Assembly: GCA_963727445.1 (NCBI GenBank)
Contig: CAVSGI010000021.1
Coordinates: 96,001-160,000 of the forward strand
DNA length: 64,000 nucleotides
Source of the DNA: an uncultured delta proteobacterium
Lineage (GTDB): Bacteria; Myxococcota_A; Polyangia; Polyangiales; B10-G4
Reading direction: 5' to 3'
The notes beneath the pieces are model-generated. The model worked only from the letters and a program-made list of their open reading frames with translations. It ran no database searches and had not been told where the DNA came from. A program made the translations under genes and the position numbers. Shown here piece after piece: positions 26,111-37,741 of this stretch. Positions within the stretch are counted from its first letter, which is position 1. Every line of letters begins with the position of its first letter.

Positions 26111-28099
26111 GTGCTGAAAGTCGGGGACGAGCTCGGCCGCTATGAAATCATTGCCCACCTGAAAAGCGGTGGAATGGCGACCCTTTACCTGGGGCGCCGG
26201 AGGATCCCGCCCGACAACAGGATCTTCGCCATCAAGGTCGTCCATCCGCACTACCTCGACGACGAAGATCTCATAGCCATGTTCGAGGACGAAGCGCGGC
26301 TGTCGCTGCGCATCCACCATCCGAACGTGGTGCACGTCGAGGAGGTAGGCGAAGCCGCGGGCGTCCACTACCTCGCGATGGAGTACGTCCACGGGTGCTC
26401 CGTGGCACAGCTCCTCCAGGCGCTGATCCGGAGGCGCCGGCGCATGAGCCCGGAGCTGGCGGTCTACATCGCGATGCAGGTCTGCGAAGGGCTTCACGCC
26501 GCGCACTCCCTTCTCGGTGACCACGGCGAGCCGCTCAACGTCGTCCACCGCGACGTGAGCCCGCAGAACGTCCTGCTCGCGCACACCGGCGAGCTTCGCC
26601 TGATCGATTTCGGGATCGCCAAGTCGCGGGCACGCATGCATCACTCTGCGACCGGCTCCTCCATCCGCGGCAAGCTCCGGTACATGTCTCCGGAGCACGC
26701 CAAGGGACGCAACGTCGACCGGCGGACGGACATCTATGCGCTCGGCATCGTGCTGTGGGAGATGCTGACCATGCGCCCGCTCTTCTGGGGCGAGACGGAC
26801 TTCGACGTCCTCACCAAGGTGCAGGATCCGATCATCGACCCGCCGAGCGCCTACGCGCCGAACATCTCACCCGCGCTCGACGACGCGGTGCTCGCCGCGC
26901 TCGCGCCGGACCGCGAGACCCGCCCCACCTCGGCGCTCGCCTTCCGTGACCTGCTCTCGGAAGCGGTTCCCATCGCCGAGGCCCTCGACGAGGAGCAGAT
27001 CGCCGAGCTTCTGCACGCGGTGCTCGGCGAAGAGATGATCCGCGTCGCCGACCGCATGCCGGCCTTCGTCTCGATGGAGCTCAGGTTCAGCTCGACCGGG
27101 ACCACGACCAATCCGGCGGAGCGGCCTCATTTCGACGAACGCGCCCTCGAGAGCCTGACCGGGCCCACGGAGTACGACCCGGAGATCGTCCAGACCTTCG
27201 TCGGCGAGCCCCAGGTGCCTTCGGGGATCAGCGAGCTTCTCGGCGCTGCGTCGATCGAGCTGATGGAGGAAGAGACCTCCACCACCATCAGCGCGGTGGC
27301 GCTGGTGGACTATCTCGAAAAGACCGCGGGTCGCGCTCGTGCGCTGTCGCGGCAGACCGTCCCGGAGAAACCGCGGGCGAACAAGGCGGCGATCGCGGCC
27401 GGGGCAAACGCGATCCCCGGGCCCGAGGATCCCACCGACCAGCTCTCCCACACGGCCCTCGCCGAGATCCATCTCGACCTCAAGAAGCGACGACTCGAGC
27501 AGAGCCGAGAAGAGCACGAAGACGACATGGACACCCTCACCTTCGACGAGGGGCTCCCTGCGCTCGCCGGAACCGAGGTGGAGGTCTCGGCGCTCGAGCT
27601 CGACTCGAAGGAGATCGACATCATCGGCGACATCGTCGACGGATACGGCGGCGGCGGTTTCGACGATCCAGAGGACGACACGACCCTCAAGGGCGGCGTG
27701 CCCGTCGCGAACATCCCGCCGCCGAAGAACGTGTCGCATGGCGCGTCGTGGAAGGGTGTCGACCCGGCGGCGCTGGGGGTCGTGCCGGAGGAGCCGGAGG
27801 ACGAGGTGATCGACGCCTCGCCCAGCGGCCCGTGGTCCTCGCCAGCGCCGCCCCCGAGCGAGCCTCCGACCATCCCCGATGGCGATCTGGGGATCCCGCC
27901 GGAGATGCTTCCGGTGACGCGGGAATCGACGAGTCCGAGCGACAGCGAGCCTCCGACCGAGGTGTGGGAGCAGCCGCCGAACTTCGCGCTCCCCGAGGAC
28001 AAGGATGGCTTTGGTGCCGGGGATCGAGCGGCGCTGATGGCCGGCATCGCCGTCGCCATCCTGCTGCTCGTCGGAATCGCCGGCTATCTCTTGTTTTGA
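26111..28099 (+). CDS. Ser/Thr protein kinase with acidic disordered tail and C-terminal TM
   Basis: SGGMATLY, AIK, HRDVSPQN, DFGIAK, YMSPE, DIYALG. Confidence 0.92.
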   Translation: MLKVGDELGRYEIIAHLKSGGMATLYLGRRRIPPDNRIFAIKVVHPHYLDDEDLIAMFEDEARLSLRIHHPNVVHVEEVGEAAGVHYLAMEYVHGCSVAQLLQALIRRRRRMSPELAVYIAMQVCEGLHAAHSLLGDHGEPLNVVHRDVSPQNVLLAHTGELRLIDFGIAKSRARMHHSATGSSIRGKLRYMSPEHAKGRNVDRRTDIYALGIVLWEMLTMRPLFWGETDFDVLTKVQDPIIDPPSAYAPNISPALDDAVLAALAPDRETRPTSALAFRDLLSEAVPIAEALDEEQIAELLHAVLGEEMIRVADRMPAFVSMELRFSSTGTTTNPAERPHFDERALESLTGPTEYDPEIVQTFVGEPQVPSGISELLGAASIELMEEETSTTISAVALVDYLEKTAGRARALSRQTVPEKPRANKAAIAAGANAIPGPEDPTDQLSHTALAEIHLDLKKRRLEQSREEHEDDMDTLTFDEGLPALAGTEVEVSALELDSKEIDIIGDIVDGYGGGGFDDPEDDTTLKGGVPVANIPPPKNVSHGASWKGVDPAALGVVPEEPEDEVIDASPSGPWSSPAPPPSEPPTIPDGDLGIPPEMLPVTRESTSPSDSEPPTEVWEQPPNFALPEDKDGFGAGDRAALMAGIAVAILLLVGIAGYLLF

Positions 28100-28112
28100 A
28101 GGCCGGCGACGC

Positions 28113-29033
28113 TCAGATCGCGTCCGCGCAGCAGCGGAAGCCCGTCGAGTAGTCGTGATAGCCGAAGGCGTGTGCGGTCGTGGCGTAGAGGCAGCCTTCG
28201 CCGTTGATCCGGGTGTCGACGTAGAACCCTCCACGGAACGTGCCGGCCGGGTCGGCGGTCCACTCGTGCAGGTTGCCCATCAGGTCGAAGACGCCTTCCG
28301 GCGTCTGACAGCCGGCGTTCTCACCCGTGTGGTCCAGTGAATCGGGGAGCTGATTGAGGCACGGGTGATCGAGCATCGACCAGATCCAGTCGGCGCTCGT
28401 ACCGAAGAGCTCGACGGCGGGATGCGTGGCGCGGGCGTCGTTGCAGCGGCCATCCTCCCGGGTGTCGCCATAGGGATAGATGCGATCGGCCGATCCGCGA
28501 CACGCGGTGAGCCACTCCGTGTCGGTGCACAGGCGCTTGCCCGCTTCAGCGCACGCACCGGCCGCTTGCTCTCCGCTGATGTAGCCCTGGGGAACGGCGT
28601 TGGCGACCGAGAGCGCGCGCACGCGCACGCCGGCAGCGGGCGTGAAGTACGGCGACCAGGCAGAGAGCGCGCCGCCTGCGCCTACCTCGGCCAGGATGGC
28701 CTCGTAGCGATCGATGCAGAAGGTGTCGACCCGCGCCATGCCCGCAGGGCAGCCCGAATCACCGGCGACCTCGGTGAGCAGCCCGGCGTTCGGCTGGGGC
28801 ATGATCGTCGGATCGCACATGGCCGGGCCAGTGTCGGCGGCGGTGTCGGCGGCGCTATCGACGACCGCATCCAGAGGAGCGTCGATCGGCGCGCGGGTGT
28901 CTCGGGCCGCGTCCGAGGGGCCGGCGTCCATCCCGCCATCGGCGGGCGGCGTCGCCGAATCCAGCGCGACGTCCGGCGCGTCGTCGCCGCCCCCACAAGC
29001 TCCCAGGAGCAGCAGTGCCAGCACGAAATGCAT
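28113..29033 (-). CDS. FGE-sulfatase (SUMF1-like) domain lipoprotein
   Basis: LLGAC. FCIDRYE, GKRLC..EW..AC, YPYG, DLMGNLHEW, TGFRCC. Confidence 0.85.
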   Translation of the reverse strand: MHFVLALLLLGACGGGDDAPDVALDSATPPADGGMDAGPSDAARDTRAPIDAPLDAVVDSAADTAADTGPAMCDPTIMPQPNAGLLTEVAGDSGCPAGMARVDTFCIDRYEAILAEVGAGGALSAWSPYFTPAAGVRVRALSVANAVPQGYISGEQAAGACAEAGKRLCTDTEWLTACRGSADRIYPYGDTREDGRCNDARATHPAVELFGTSADWIWSMLDHPCLNQLPDSLDHTGENAGCQTPEGVFDLMGNLHEWTADPAGTFRGGFYVDTRINGEGCLYATTAHAFGYHDYSTGFRCCADAI

Positions 29034-29098
29034 GGGCTGAGGATAGCGTGCGGCGAGCCCTTGAGCTTGTCGCTGGGAGTGCTTAGATACGCGCGCCC

Positions 29099-30690
<1,592 letters not shown>

Positions 30691-30738
30691 TCTGAGCGCG
30701 TCGATCCGGAGCGACGCACCGTTCGTATTCCACTCGAA

Positions 30739-31809
30739 ATGCGTGCGTTCGTCCTCCTGATGCTGCTGCCGGCCTGCGCGGCGGCGGCTCCGCCCCCCGC
30801 CTCCCCCGCGCCTTCGCCGGAAGGGTCCACCGAGGGCTTGCTGCTCACCCATCTTCGATCGCCCGGTGGGGCGGAAACGGAGCTCTACCTTCGAGAGGGA
30901 CGGCTGGTCTCGCCCGAGGAAGCGAGCAGAGAGGTGCACCGTGTGGATGGCGGGGGCGCCTACGTGGTGCCGGCGGCGATCGATGCGCACGTGCATCTCG
31001 CGTATCTGCCCATCGCGGAAGCGCATGCCGCGGGCGGGATCGCCGGGGCCGTGGATCTCGCTTCGCCGATCAGCTTTCTATCCGAGGACGCCGGCCCGCT
31101 CCGGCTCCGGCGGTCTGGACCGATGGTGACAGCGCCGGGAGGCTATCCCACGCAGAGCTGGGGTGCGGACGGTTATGGTCTGCCCTGCGAGGACCCCGGG
31201 TCGTGTCGCGACGCGGTGGAGAGGCTGGCAGACGCGGGTGCCGATCCGATCAAGATCCCGATCACCGCCGGTCCGACCCTCGACGACGCATCCCTGCGCG
31301 CTGCCGTCGACGCCGCCCACGCCCGCGGGATGCGCGTCGCGACACACGCGCTGGACGAAGCCGCGGTCCGACGCGGCACCGCCGCGGGCGCCGACATCCT
31401 CGCCCACACGCCCACGGCGCCGCTCTCGGACGAGACCGTCGCCTCGCTCTCCGACAAGACGGTGATCAGCACGCTCGCTGCGTTCGGCGCCAGCGAGGCG
31501 GCGGTCGACAACCTCGCGCGTTTGCACGGCGCCGGCGCGACCGTGGTCTACGGCACCGATCTCGGCAACACCCACACGGCGGGCATCGACCGCCGCGAGC
31601 TCCTGCTGCTCGTCGCCGCGGGCCTCGACGAGCCGGCGATCCTCGACGCCATCACACGTGTTCCCGCCACCGTCTTCGGTTTCGATGCACTCGGCACCCT
31701 CGAGCCCGGCAAGGCCGCGTCCTTTCTCCTGCTCGACGACGACCCGCTCACCAACGTCCTGACCCTCGCGACGCCGCGCCAGGTGTACCTGGACGGACGC
31801 GCGCTCTGA
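30739..31809 (+). CDS. Amidohydrolase family protein, predicted lipoprotein
   Basis: PAAIDAHVH, TAPGGYP, VATHA, YGTDLGN, GTLEPGKAASF. Confidence 0.85.
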   Translation: MRAFVLLMLLPACAAAAPPPASPAPSPEGSTEGLLLTHLRSPGGAETELYLREGRLVSPEEASREVHRVDGGGAYVVPAAIDAHVHLAYLPIAEAHAAGGIAGAVDLASPISFLSEDAGPLRLRRSGPMVTAPGGYPTQSWGADGYGLPCEDPGSCRDAVERLADAGADPIKIPITAGPTLDDASLRAAVDAAHARGMRVATHALDEAAVRRGTAAGADILAHTPTAPLSDETVASLSDKTVISTLAAFGASEAAVDNLARLHGAGATVVYGTDLGNTHTAGIDRRELLLLVAAGLDEPAILDAITRVPATVFGFDALGTLEPGKAASFLLLDDDPLTNVLTLATPRQVYLDGRAL

Positions 31810-31860
31810 GGTCGCGCGGTGCGAGCGCGGCATCCGCCTCGAGGGTGCTACGCTCTTCCC

Positions 31861-32343
31861 ATGATGCACCGTCGCCTCGCCCTCGCGCTCTTGCTCGTCG
31901 CCGCTTGCGGCGGAGACGACTCGACGGCTGACACCGGGTCGGTAGCCGACGGATCCATGGTGACTTGCGACGGAATGCCGGGCTGCGTGCTGCTTTGCGA
32001 GGGTGGCGACTGCTCGTGCTACTGCATGCCCGACGCCGGGATGGACGCGAGCGCCGATGCGGACGCCGGCCGCGACGCGGATGCGAGCCTCGACGCGGAC
32101 GCCGCGGGAGACGCGTGCGTCCCACGAACGAACGATCTGTCGGCGATGGGACGCGATTGCTCGGACGGGTCGGCGTGCCCCGACGGCTACACCTGCCAGA
32201 GCTTCGGGGGCGCAGCTCTCACCCAGAGCTGCCAAATCCTCTGCAACGCCGATTGCGAGTGTCCCGACACGCTCCCCACCTCGTGCGTCGAGATGACCGA
32301 CAAGGCCGGGTCGTGGCGGCAATGCGCGCGCGACAAGATCTGA
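31861..32343 (+). CDS. Small Cys-rich lipoprotein
   Basis: MMHRRLALALLLVAAC-GGDD, two Cys modules separated by a DAG linker. Confidence 0.7.
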   Translation: MMHRRLALALLLVAACGGDDSTADTGSVADGSMVTCDGMPGCVLLCEGGDCSCYCMPDAGMDASADADAGRDADASLDADAAGDACVPRTNDLSAMGRDCSDGSACPDGYTCQSFGGAALTQSCQILCNADCECPDTLPTSCVEMTDKAGSWRQCARDKI

Positions 32344-32359
32344 GCAGAGGATCGCGACG

Positions 32360-33160
32360 ATGACGGCGCGGAAGAGCACGTTCTCGGTGCCGGGGATGGA
32401 TTGCCCCTCGGAGGAGCGGGTGATCCGCTTGGCCATCGAGGCCGCGCCGGAGGTGCTGGAGCTGAGCTTCGACCTCGACGCCCGCCAGCTACGCGTGTGG
32501 CATCGGGGCGCCAGCGCGGCCGTCCTCGAGAAGCTCGAGCCCCTCGGCTTCGGCGCCGAGCTGGTCGAGAGCGAGATAGACGAGAGCTTCGCCGCGAGCG
32601 AGCCATCCGACCCGGCGGCCGAGGCCCGGGTCCTGAAGCAGCTGCTGGCGATCAACGCCGCGATGTTCGTCGTCGAGCTCGGGCTCGGCTTCGCCGCTCA
32701 GTCCACGGGCTTGATCGCCGACTCCCTCGACATGCTCGCCGACGCGACGGTCTACGGCCTCTCTCTCTTCGCGGTGGGCCGCGGCCTGTCGGCGCAGCGC
32801 CGCGCGGCCAAGCTCGCCGGCGCTTCCGAGCTCGTCCTGGCGCTCCTCGCGCTCGTCGAGGTCGGGCGCCGCGCCGTCATGGGCAGTGAGCCGGTGGAGG
32901 GGCTGATGATCGGCGTCGCGCTCCTCGCCCTCGTCGCAAATCTGAGCTGCGTTGCGCTGTTGGCGCGCCATCGCCACGGCGGCATTCATCTGAAGGCGAG
33001 CTGGATCTTCTCCACCAACGACGCCCTCGCCAACCTCGGCGTGGTGGTCGCGGGCGTGCTCGTGGGCGTCACCGGTGCGGCCTGGCCGGACCTGATCATC
33101 GGCACGCTCGTCGCCCTCTTCGTGGCCTGGGGCGCGATCCGCATCCTGCGCCTGCGCTGA
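32360..33160 (+). CDS. HMA-domain cation transporter (CzcD/CDF-like)
   Basis: PGMDCPSEE HMA domain, STGLIADSLDMLADA, ASWIFSTND..AN, WPDLIIG. Confidence 0.88.
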   Translation: MTARKSTFSVPGMDCPSEERVIRLAIEAAPEVLELSFDLDARQLRVWHRGASAAVLEKLEPLGFGAELVESEIDESFAASEPSDPAAEARVLKQLLAINAAMFVVELGLGFAAQSTGLIADSLDMLADATVYGLSLFAVGRGLSAQRRAAKLAGASELVLALLALVEVGRRAVMGSEPVEGLMIGVALLALVANLSCVALLARHRHGGIHLKASWIFSTNDALANLGVVVAGVLVGVTGAAWPDLIIGTLVALFVAWGAIRILRLR

Positions 33161-33170
33161 GGCGGCGTCC

Positions 33171-33602
33171 TCAGCGCACGATGGTCACGGGGCAGGGCGC
33201 GGCGCGCAGCACCCGCTCGCTCACGCTGCCCATGACCAGGCCCTCAATCGACGACAGGCCGCGCGAGCCCATCACGATGAGGTCGACGTCGTGGCGGTCG
33301 GCGTAGGCGAGGATCTCCACCGTGGGGTTGCCTTCGGCGACCTCGCGGGAGCTCTCCACCTTCGCGGCGTCGCCGATGGCGGCGAGGGCTGCGCCGAACG
33401 CCTTGTCTGCGCTCTCGCGCCGGGCCTTGGCCATCGCCTCGTCACCCGCGAGGCCAGCGAGACCCATGCTCACCACCGCCGGCGCGTCGTAGACGAAGAG
33501 CAGGCACAGCTTCGCCTGGTGGGGTGCGGCGAGCCGGGCGGCGAAGGCCGCGGCCCGGCCAGCGCTCTCGGAGCCATCGACGGGGACCAGAACGTGCTTC
33601 AT
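33171..33602 (-). CDS. Universal stress protein
   Basis: VLVPVDGS, DLIVMGSRG...GSVSERVLRAAPCPVTIVR. Confidence 0.93.
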   Translation of the reverse strand: MKHVLVPVDGSESAGRAAAFAARLAAPHQAKLCLLFVYDAPAVVSMGLAGLAGDEAMAKARRESADKAFGAALAAIGDAAKVESSREVAEGNPTVEILAYADRHDVDLIVMGSRGLSSIEGLVMGSVSERVLRAAPCPVTIVR

Positions 33603-33681
33603 CGGTGCGCCTCCATGGGCCGGCAGGTTAGCGGCGAGGCGGCGCCCACGAAAGGACTGCTCTGCCCGGACTCACCAAGGC

Positions 33682-34998
33682 TCAGGGAGCGGCTTCCGTC
33701 GAAGCGACGGTGCAGCTCGACATGTTGGCCACACGGTAGGGGGCGCTGAAGACCACGTATTCCCCGCTCGCAGGGCAGGTGAACGTCGTCTGGCTGCAGC
33801 AATCCCCGGAGCCGCCACAGCGCCCGCCGCCGCAGCCCGAGTCGTCGTTGGAGCCGATGGCGTACCAGCTCATGCACGTCGGGTCGTCCGAGATGTCGCA
33901 GACGCGGATGAAGGGGTCGCCGGTGCACATGCCCAGGCCGCATGCGTCGGAGCAGCCGACGGTCACCATGTTGCCGGCGGTGCAGGTGTACTGACCGATG
34001 CGGGTGAGCCCGCAGTTGCGATTCGCGCCGTCCGATGCGTCCATCGGGCAGGGCATGGTGACGTCTTCGTCCGCGGGAAGGGGATCCGCCTCGGGCACGC
34101 TGATGGAAACGAGGGCGCTGTTGTTCGTGTAGTCGGACTCGTTGAGGATGTGCTCGTAGTTGAGGTTCACCGAGAGATCGTAGTCCCCGGCGTCGAGGTC
34201 GGTGATGTCGACCCACTGGCAGTCGAGGTGGCCGCCGTAGACGTCCTGCCAGTTGCGGCTGATGCCCTGGTTCGAGCAGTTGTAGTTCGCGCCGCGCGAA
34301 TCCATGCCGGGGTACTGATAGAAGTCGAGGAGGCAGAAGGCCTGCTTGTGGCCGGTCGCCGCCACCGACCCGTCCGCGGTCAAGAGCTCGTACTCGGCGT
34401 AGCTGTTGAAGTGGTAGTGGTCGTGGCAGGAGGAATAGGTGAAGTAGTCGATCGAGTCCGAGGGCGGGCCCAGGTAGAGGTCGGCGCCGCCGGTGTTCGG
34501 GGTCCAGGTTGGGAAGCGCAGCAGCCGCCGCCATCCCGGCGCGTCCACGCACCCCTCGACGATGGCGCAGTCCCCGTCAGGGAAGTACGCCCACTCGAAG
34601 CGCACGTCGGCGACGAGCCGGTCCTCGTCGACCCAGATGTCCGCGGCCGGGCACATCCCGTCGACCCGCGGCTGACACGAGAAGCGTCCATCGACCGGGC
34701 TGCAGCACTCGTCTGCCGCGCAGCCGCTCCCGCCGCAGCGCCCCTCCCAGTCGCCGTCGCATTGGATGCCGCTGTCGGGATTGCAGCCGACGAGCCCGCC
34801 GTCGCCGGCGTCGTCCGCGTCGGGTCCGCTGTCCACGGTGGTGTCCGGTGCGGTGTCGGGCGAACCGGTGTCCGCGACGATGGCGTCCATCCCGGTGTCG
34901 GCACCGCCGCTATCCGCTCCCGAATCGACCGCGGCTCCGTCGTCCCCGCAAGCTGACGTCAGAAAGGAGAGCAAGACCAACGAGGGGATGTGCCGCAT
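33682..34998 (-). CDS. Lysyl oxidase family lipoprotein
   Basis: LTSAC-GDD. RRLLRF, CHDHYH copper motif, GHKQAFCL, QGISRNWQDVY...DCQWVDITD, ESDYTNN. Confidence 0.88.
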   Translation of the reverse strand: MRHIPSLVLLSFLTSACGDDGAAVDSGADSGGADTGMDAIVADTGSPDTAPDTTVDSGPDADDAGDGGLVGCNPDSGIQCDGDWEGRCGGSGCAADECCSPVDGRFSCQPRVDGMCPAADIWVDEDRLVADVRFEWAYFPDGDCAIVEGCVDAPGWRRLLRFPTWTPNTGGADLYLGPPSDSIDYFTYSSCHDHYHFNSYAEYELLTADGSVAATGHKQAFCLLDFYQYPGMDSRGANYNCSNQGISRNWQDVYGGHLDCQWVDITDLDAGDYDLSVNLNYEHILNESDYTNNSALVSISVPEADPLPADEDVTMPCPMDASDGANRNCGLTRIGQYTCTAGNMVTVGCSDACGLGMCTGDPFIRVCDISDDPTCMSWYAIGSNDDSGCGGGRCGGSGDCCSQTTFTCPASGEYVVFSAPYRVANMSSCTVASTEAAP

Positions 34999-35043
34999 CG
35001 ACAAAGGATGAGCGGCTTTGTCACCTCTGACAATCGTCCCGGT

Positions 35044-37068
35044 TCAGACCAGGCCCTGGCGTTCGAAAAGCGCCAACAGCTTCGGCTCGCGGCCCATGAA
35101 CTCCTGGTACAGCGTCATGGGATCTTCACTGTCCCCCCGTGAAAGGATGGCGTCCCGGAAGGCCCGCCCCACGCTGGAGTCGAATACGCCTTCGGTCTTG
35201 AAACGGGTGAAAGCGTCCGCGTCGAGCACCTCGGCCCACTTGTAGGAGTAGTAGCCGGCGGCGTAGCCCACGGGGCTCGCGAAGAGGTGGCCGAAGCGCA
35301 GGATCATCGCGTAGTCGTCAGGCAGGGGAGCGGCGGCGTGCGCCTGGAGGATCTCTCTGGCGTGGGTCAAGAGGCTCGCGTCCTCGGACGGATCCCATCC
35401 GACGTGGAGGTCGAGATCCACCGTGCCGAAGCCGAGCTGGCGCATCTGCGCGTTCGCCGCGCGGTAGGTGCGCGCCCGCACCATCTTGTCGAAGAGCGCC
35501 CGAGGGATCGTCTCGCCCGTCTCGTAGTGGTGCGCGAAGAGGTCGAGGGCCTCCTTCTCCCAGCACCAGTTCTGCATGATCTGCGAGGGAAGCTCGACGA
35601 AGTCCCACGCGACGTTCGTCCCTGCGAGGCTGCGCACCTCGACCTGCGAGAGCATGTGATGGAGCAGGTGACCGAACTCGTGGAAGAGCGTCTCGACCTC
35701 GCGATGCGTGAGGAGCGCGGGAGCATCGCCCACGGCCGGAGTGACGTTCGCGCAGAAGAGCCCGAGGTGCGGCTCCGGCGGCACGCTCGTCGACAGCCCT
35801 TGCATCCAAGCGCCGCCGCGCTTCTCCTCGCGCGGGAAGAGGTCGACGTAGAACGCGCCGAGCTCGCCGTCCGACGCATCCTTCAGGCGAAAGGCGCGCA
35901 CCGACGGATGCCAGGTGGGCATGTCGTCGGTCTCGGCGATCTTGACGCCATAGAGACGCTCGGCCGTCTCGAAGAGGCCGCGGAGCGTCGCGTCCACGGA
36001 GAAGTAGGGGCGGAGCTCCTCTTCGTCGAAGTCGTAGAGCTCCTTTCGCATCTTCTCCGCCCAGTAGCCGATGTCCCAGGGGGCGATGGGCGGCGCGTCG
36101 TCGCCGAGCTTCTCCTTTCGAAACGCTTCGAGGTCGCGATTCTCCTTTTCGAAGAAGGGAAGGGTGCGCTCGCGTAGCTCGTCGAGGAACGAGATGGCCT
36201 TCGCACCCTCGGCGGCCATTCGATCTTCGAGGACCAGGTCGGCGAAGTCGGAGTAGCCGAGGAGCTGCGCCTTCTCGCGACGCAGCTCGAGGATGCGGCG
36301 CACCAGGGGCTCGTTGTCCCACTCGCCGCTCGTGTCGCTCGAGTTGTAAGCGCGCCACACCTGCTCGCGAATGGTCCGATCGTCGAGGTAGGTCAGGAGC
36401 GGGATCAGGCTCGGCGCCTGAAGCGTGAAGCGCCATCCCTTCTTGCCCTTGGCCTCGGCGCTCTGCTTGGCGGCGGCCACCGCCGAGGGGGGCAGCCCGG
36501 CGAGCTTCGACTCGTCGTCGATCACCAACTCGAAGGCGTTGGTGGAGTCGAGGACGTTCTGACCGTATTTCGTCGTCAGCTTCGTCAGCTCCACGTCGAC
36601 CTCGGCGAGGCGCTTCTTGCCCTCGGGATCGAGCTCGGCGCCGTGGCGCTTGAAGAAGTCGACGGTCTTTTTCAGGTGACGTGCCCGCGCGCCTTCGAGG
36701 CTACGGCCGGCGTCGCTCTCCGCCAGGGCAGAGACGCGCTTCCAGAGCGCGTCGTTCAGCGGGATCGACGAGTAGAACTCGCTCACGGCGGGCTTCACTT
36801 CGTCGTAGGCCGCACGCAGCGCGTCGCTCGTCGCCACGGCCTCGAGGTGCCCGACGATGCCCATCGCCCGCTCGAGCTGCTCCGTCGCGTCTTCGAGAGC
36901 GCCGAGCACCGACGCGTAGGTCGGCGGCGAGGTGTCGGCGGCCACCGTGTCCACGCCGCTCCGGGCTTGCGCGAGGAGAGCCGTGACACCGGGCACCACG
37001 TGCTCGGGGCGGATGCGATCGAACGGGATCGCGAAGTCGGTCGAAAAGAGTGGGTTGTCGTCGCTCAC
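35044..37068 (-). CDS. prlC: Oligopeptidase A, M3 metallopeptidase
   Basis: KRGGAWM, LFHEFGHLLHH, WDFVELPSQ, GYAAGYYSYKWAEVLDADAF. Confidence 0.93.
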   Translation of the reverse strand: MSDDNPLFSTDFAIPFDRIRPEHVVPGVTALLAQARSGVDTVAADTSPPTYASVLGALEDATEQLERAMGIVGHLEAVATSDALRAAYDEVKPAVSEFYSSIPLNDALWKRVSALAESDAGRSLEGARARHLKKTVDFFKRHGAELDPEGKKRLAEVDVELTKLTTKYGQNVLDSTNAFELVIDDESKLAGLPPSAVAAAKQSAEAKGKKGWRFTLQAPSLIPLLTYLDDRTIREQVWRAYNSSDTSGEWDNEPLVRRILELRREKAQLLGYSDFADLVLEDRMAAEGAKAISFLDELRERTLPFFEKENRDLEAFRKEKLGDDAPPIAPWDIGYWAEKMRKELYDFDEEELRPYFSVDATLRGLFETAERLYGVKIAETDDMPTWHPSVRAFRLKDASDGELGAFYVDLFPREEKRGGAWMQGLSTSVPPEPHLGLFCANVTPAVGDAPALLTHREVETLFHEFGHLLHHMLSQVEVRSLAGTNVAWDFVELPSQIMQNWCWEKEALDLFAHHYETGETIPRALFDKMVRARTYRAANAQMRQLGFGTVDLDLHVGWDPSEDASLLTHAREILQAHAAAPLPDDYAMILRFGHLFASPVGYAAGYYSYKWAEVLDADAFTRFKTEGVFDSSVGRAFRDAILSRGDSEDPMTLYQEFMGREPKLLALFERQGLV

Positions 37069-37544
37069 TATTCGGACTCCTCTGAGCTCGCGAGCTCTGC
37101 GATCGCGTGGAAGGCGTCGTGGACGGCGGAGAGCTTGTCCTCCGCTGCATCGCCGCCGGTGTCACAGGCGACGGCGACCTCGGCGACGCTCGCCGTCAGC
37201 GCCTCGGTGGCCACGTTCCAATCCGTCTCGTCGGCGCCCTCGAGGGCTTCCATGGCCGCGACATCCGCCGCTGCCTCGTCGAGGGCCGACAGGTTGTCGG
37301 TATCGCACGCCAGCGCGCGCCGCGTGTCGCCGGGCTCCGCGTGCCAGATCGGACCGAGGACCGAGTGGAAGTGATCGACCGCGGGGGGCATGCCGGGGTG
37401 ATCGTCGCCGCTCCCGTGATGCTCGCCGCCGCTGTGATGCTCGCCGTGATGCTCCGCGTGTTCTTCCGGGCCGCTTGCCTCCTCGTTTCCACCGCCGCAG
37501 GCGACGAGGCCGAGGGCGCAGAGGCCGCTGATGATGCGCTTCAT
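37068..37544 (-). CDS. His-rich helical lipoprotein
   Basis: MKRIISGLCALGLVAC. HAEHHGEHHSGGEHHGSGDDH, FHSVLGPIWH, VHDAFH. Stop overlaps the prlC start by 1 nt. Confidence 0.8.
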   Translation of the reverse strand: MKRIISGLCALGLVACGGGNEEASGPEEHAEHHGEHHSGGEHHGSGDDHPGMPPAVDHFHSVLGPIWHAEPGDTRRALACDTDNLSALDEAAADVAAMEALEGADETDWNVATEALTASVAEVAVACDTGGDAAEDKLSAVHDAFHAIAELASSEESE

Positions 37545-37579
37545 GGCCTGCTGATAGGCCGGCCGCGATCGAACCGCAA

Positions 37580-37741
37580 CCCCTCTCCAAGAAGGCTCGG
37601 GTCCGCAGAGCGTACGGTCCCGCGTAGCGCCCCGTAGGGCGCGAAGCGGGACCGGGAGCGGCGCGGCCCCGAGCCGGGAGTGCATCCCCCTCTCCAAGAA
37701 GGCTCGGGTCCGCAGAGCGTACGGTCCCGCGTAGCGCCCCG
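37580..37741. repeat. 55-bp direct repeat pair, period 107 bp
   Basis: CCCCTCTCCAAGAAGGCTCGGGTCCGCAGAGCGTACGGTCCCGCGTAGCGCCCCG at 37580-37634 and 37687-37741. Confidence 0.9.
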
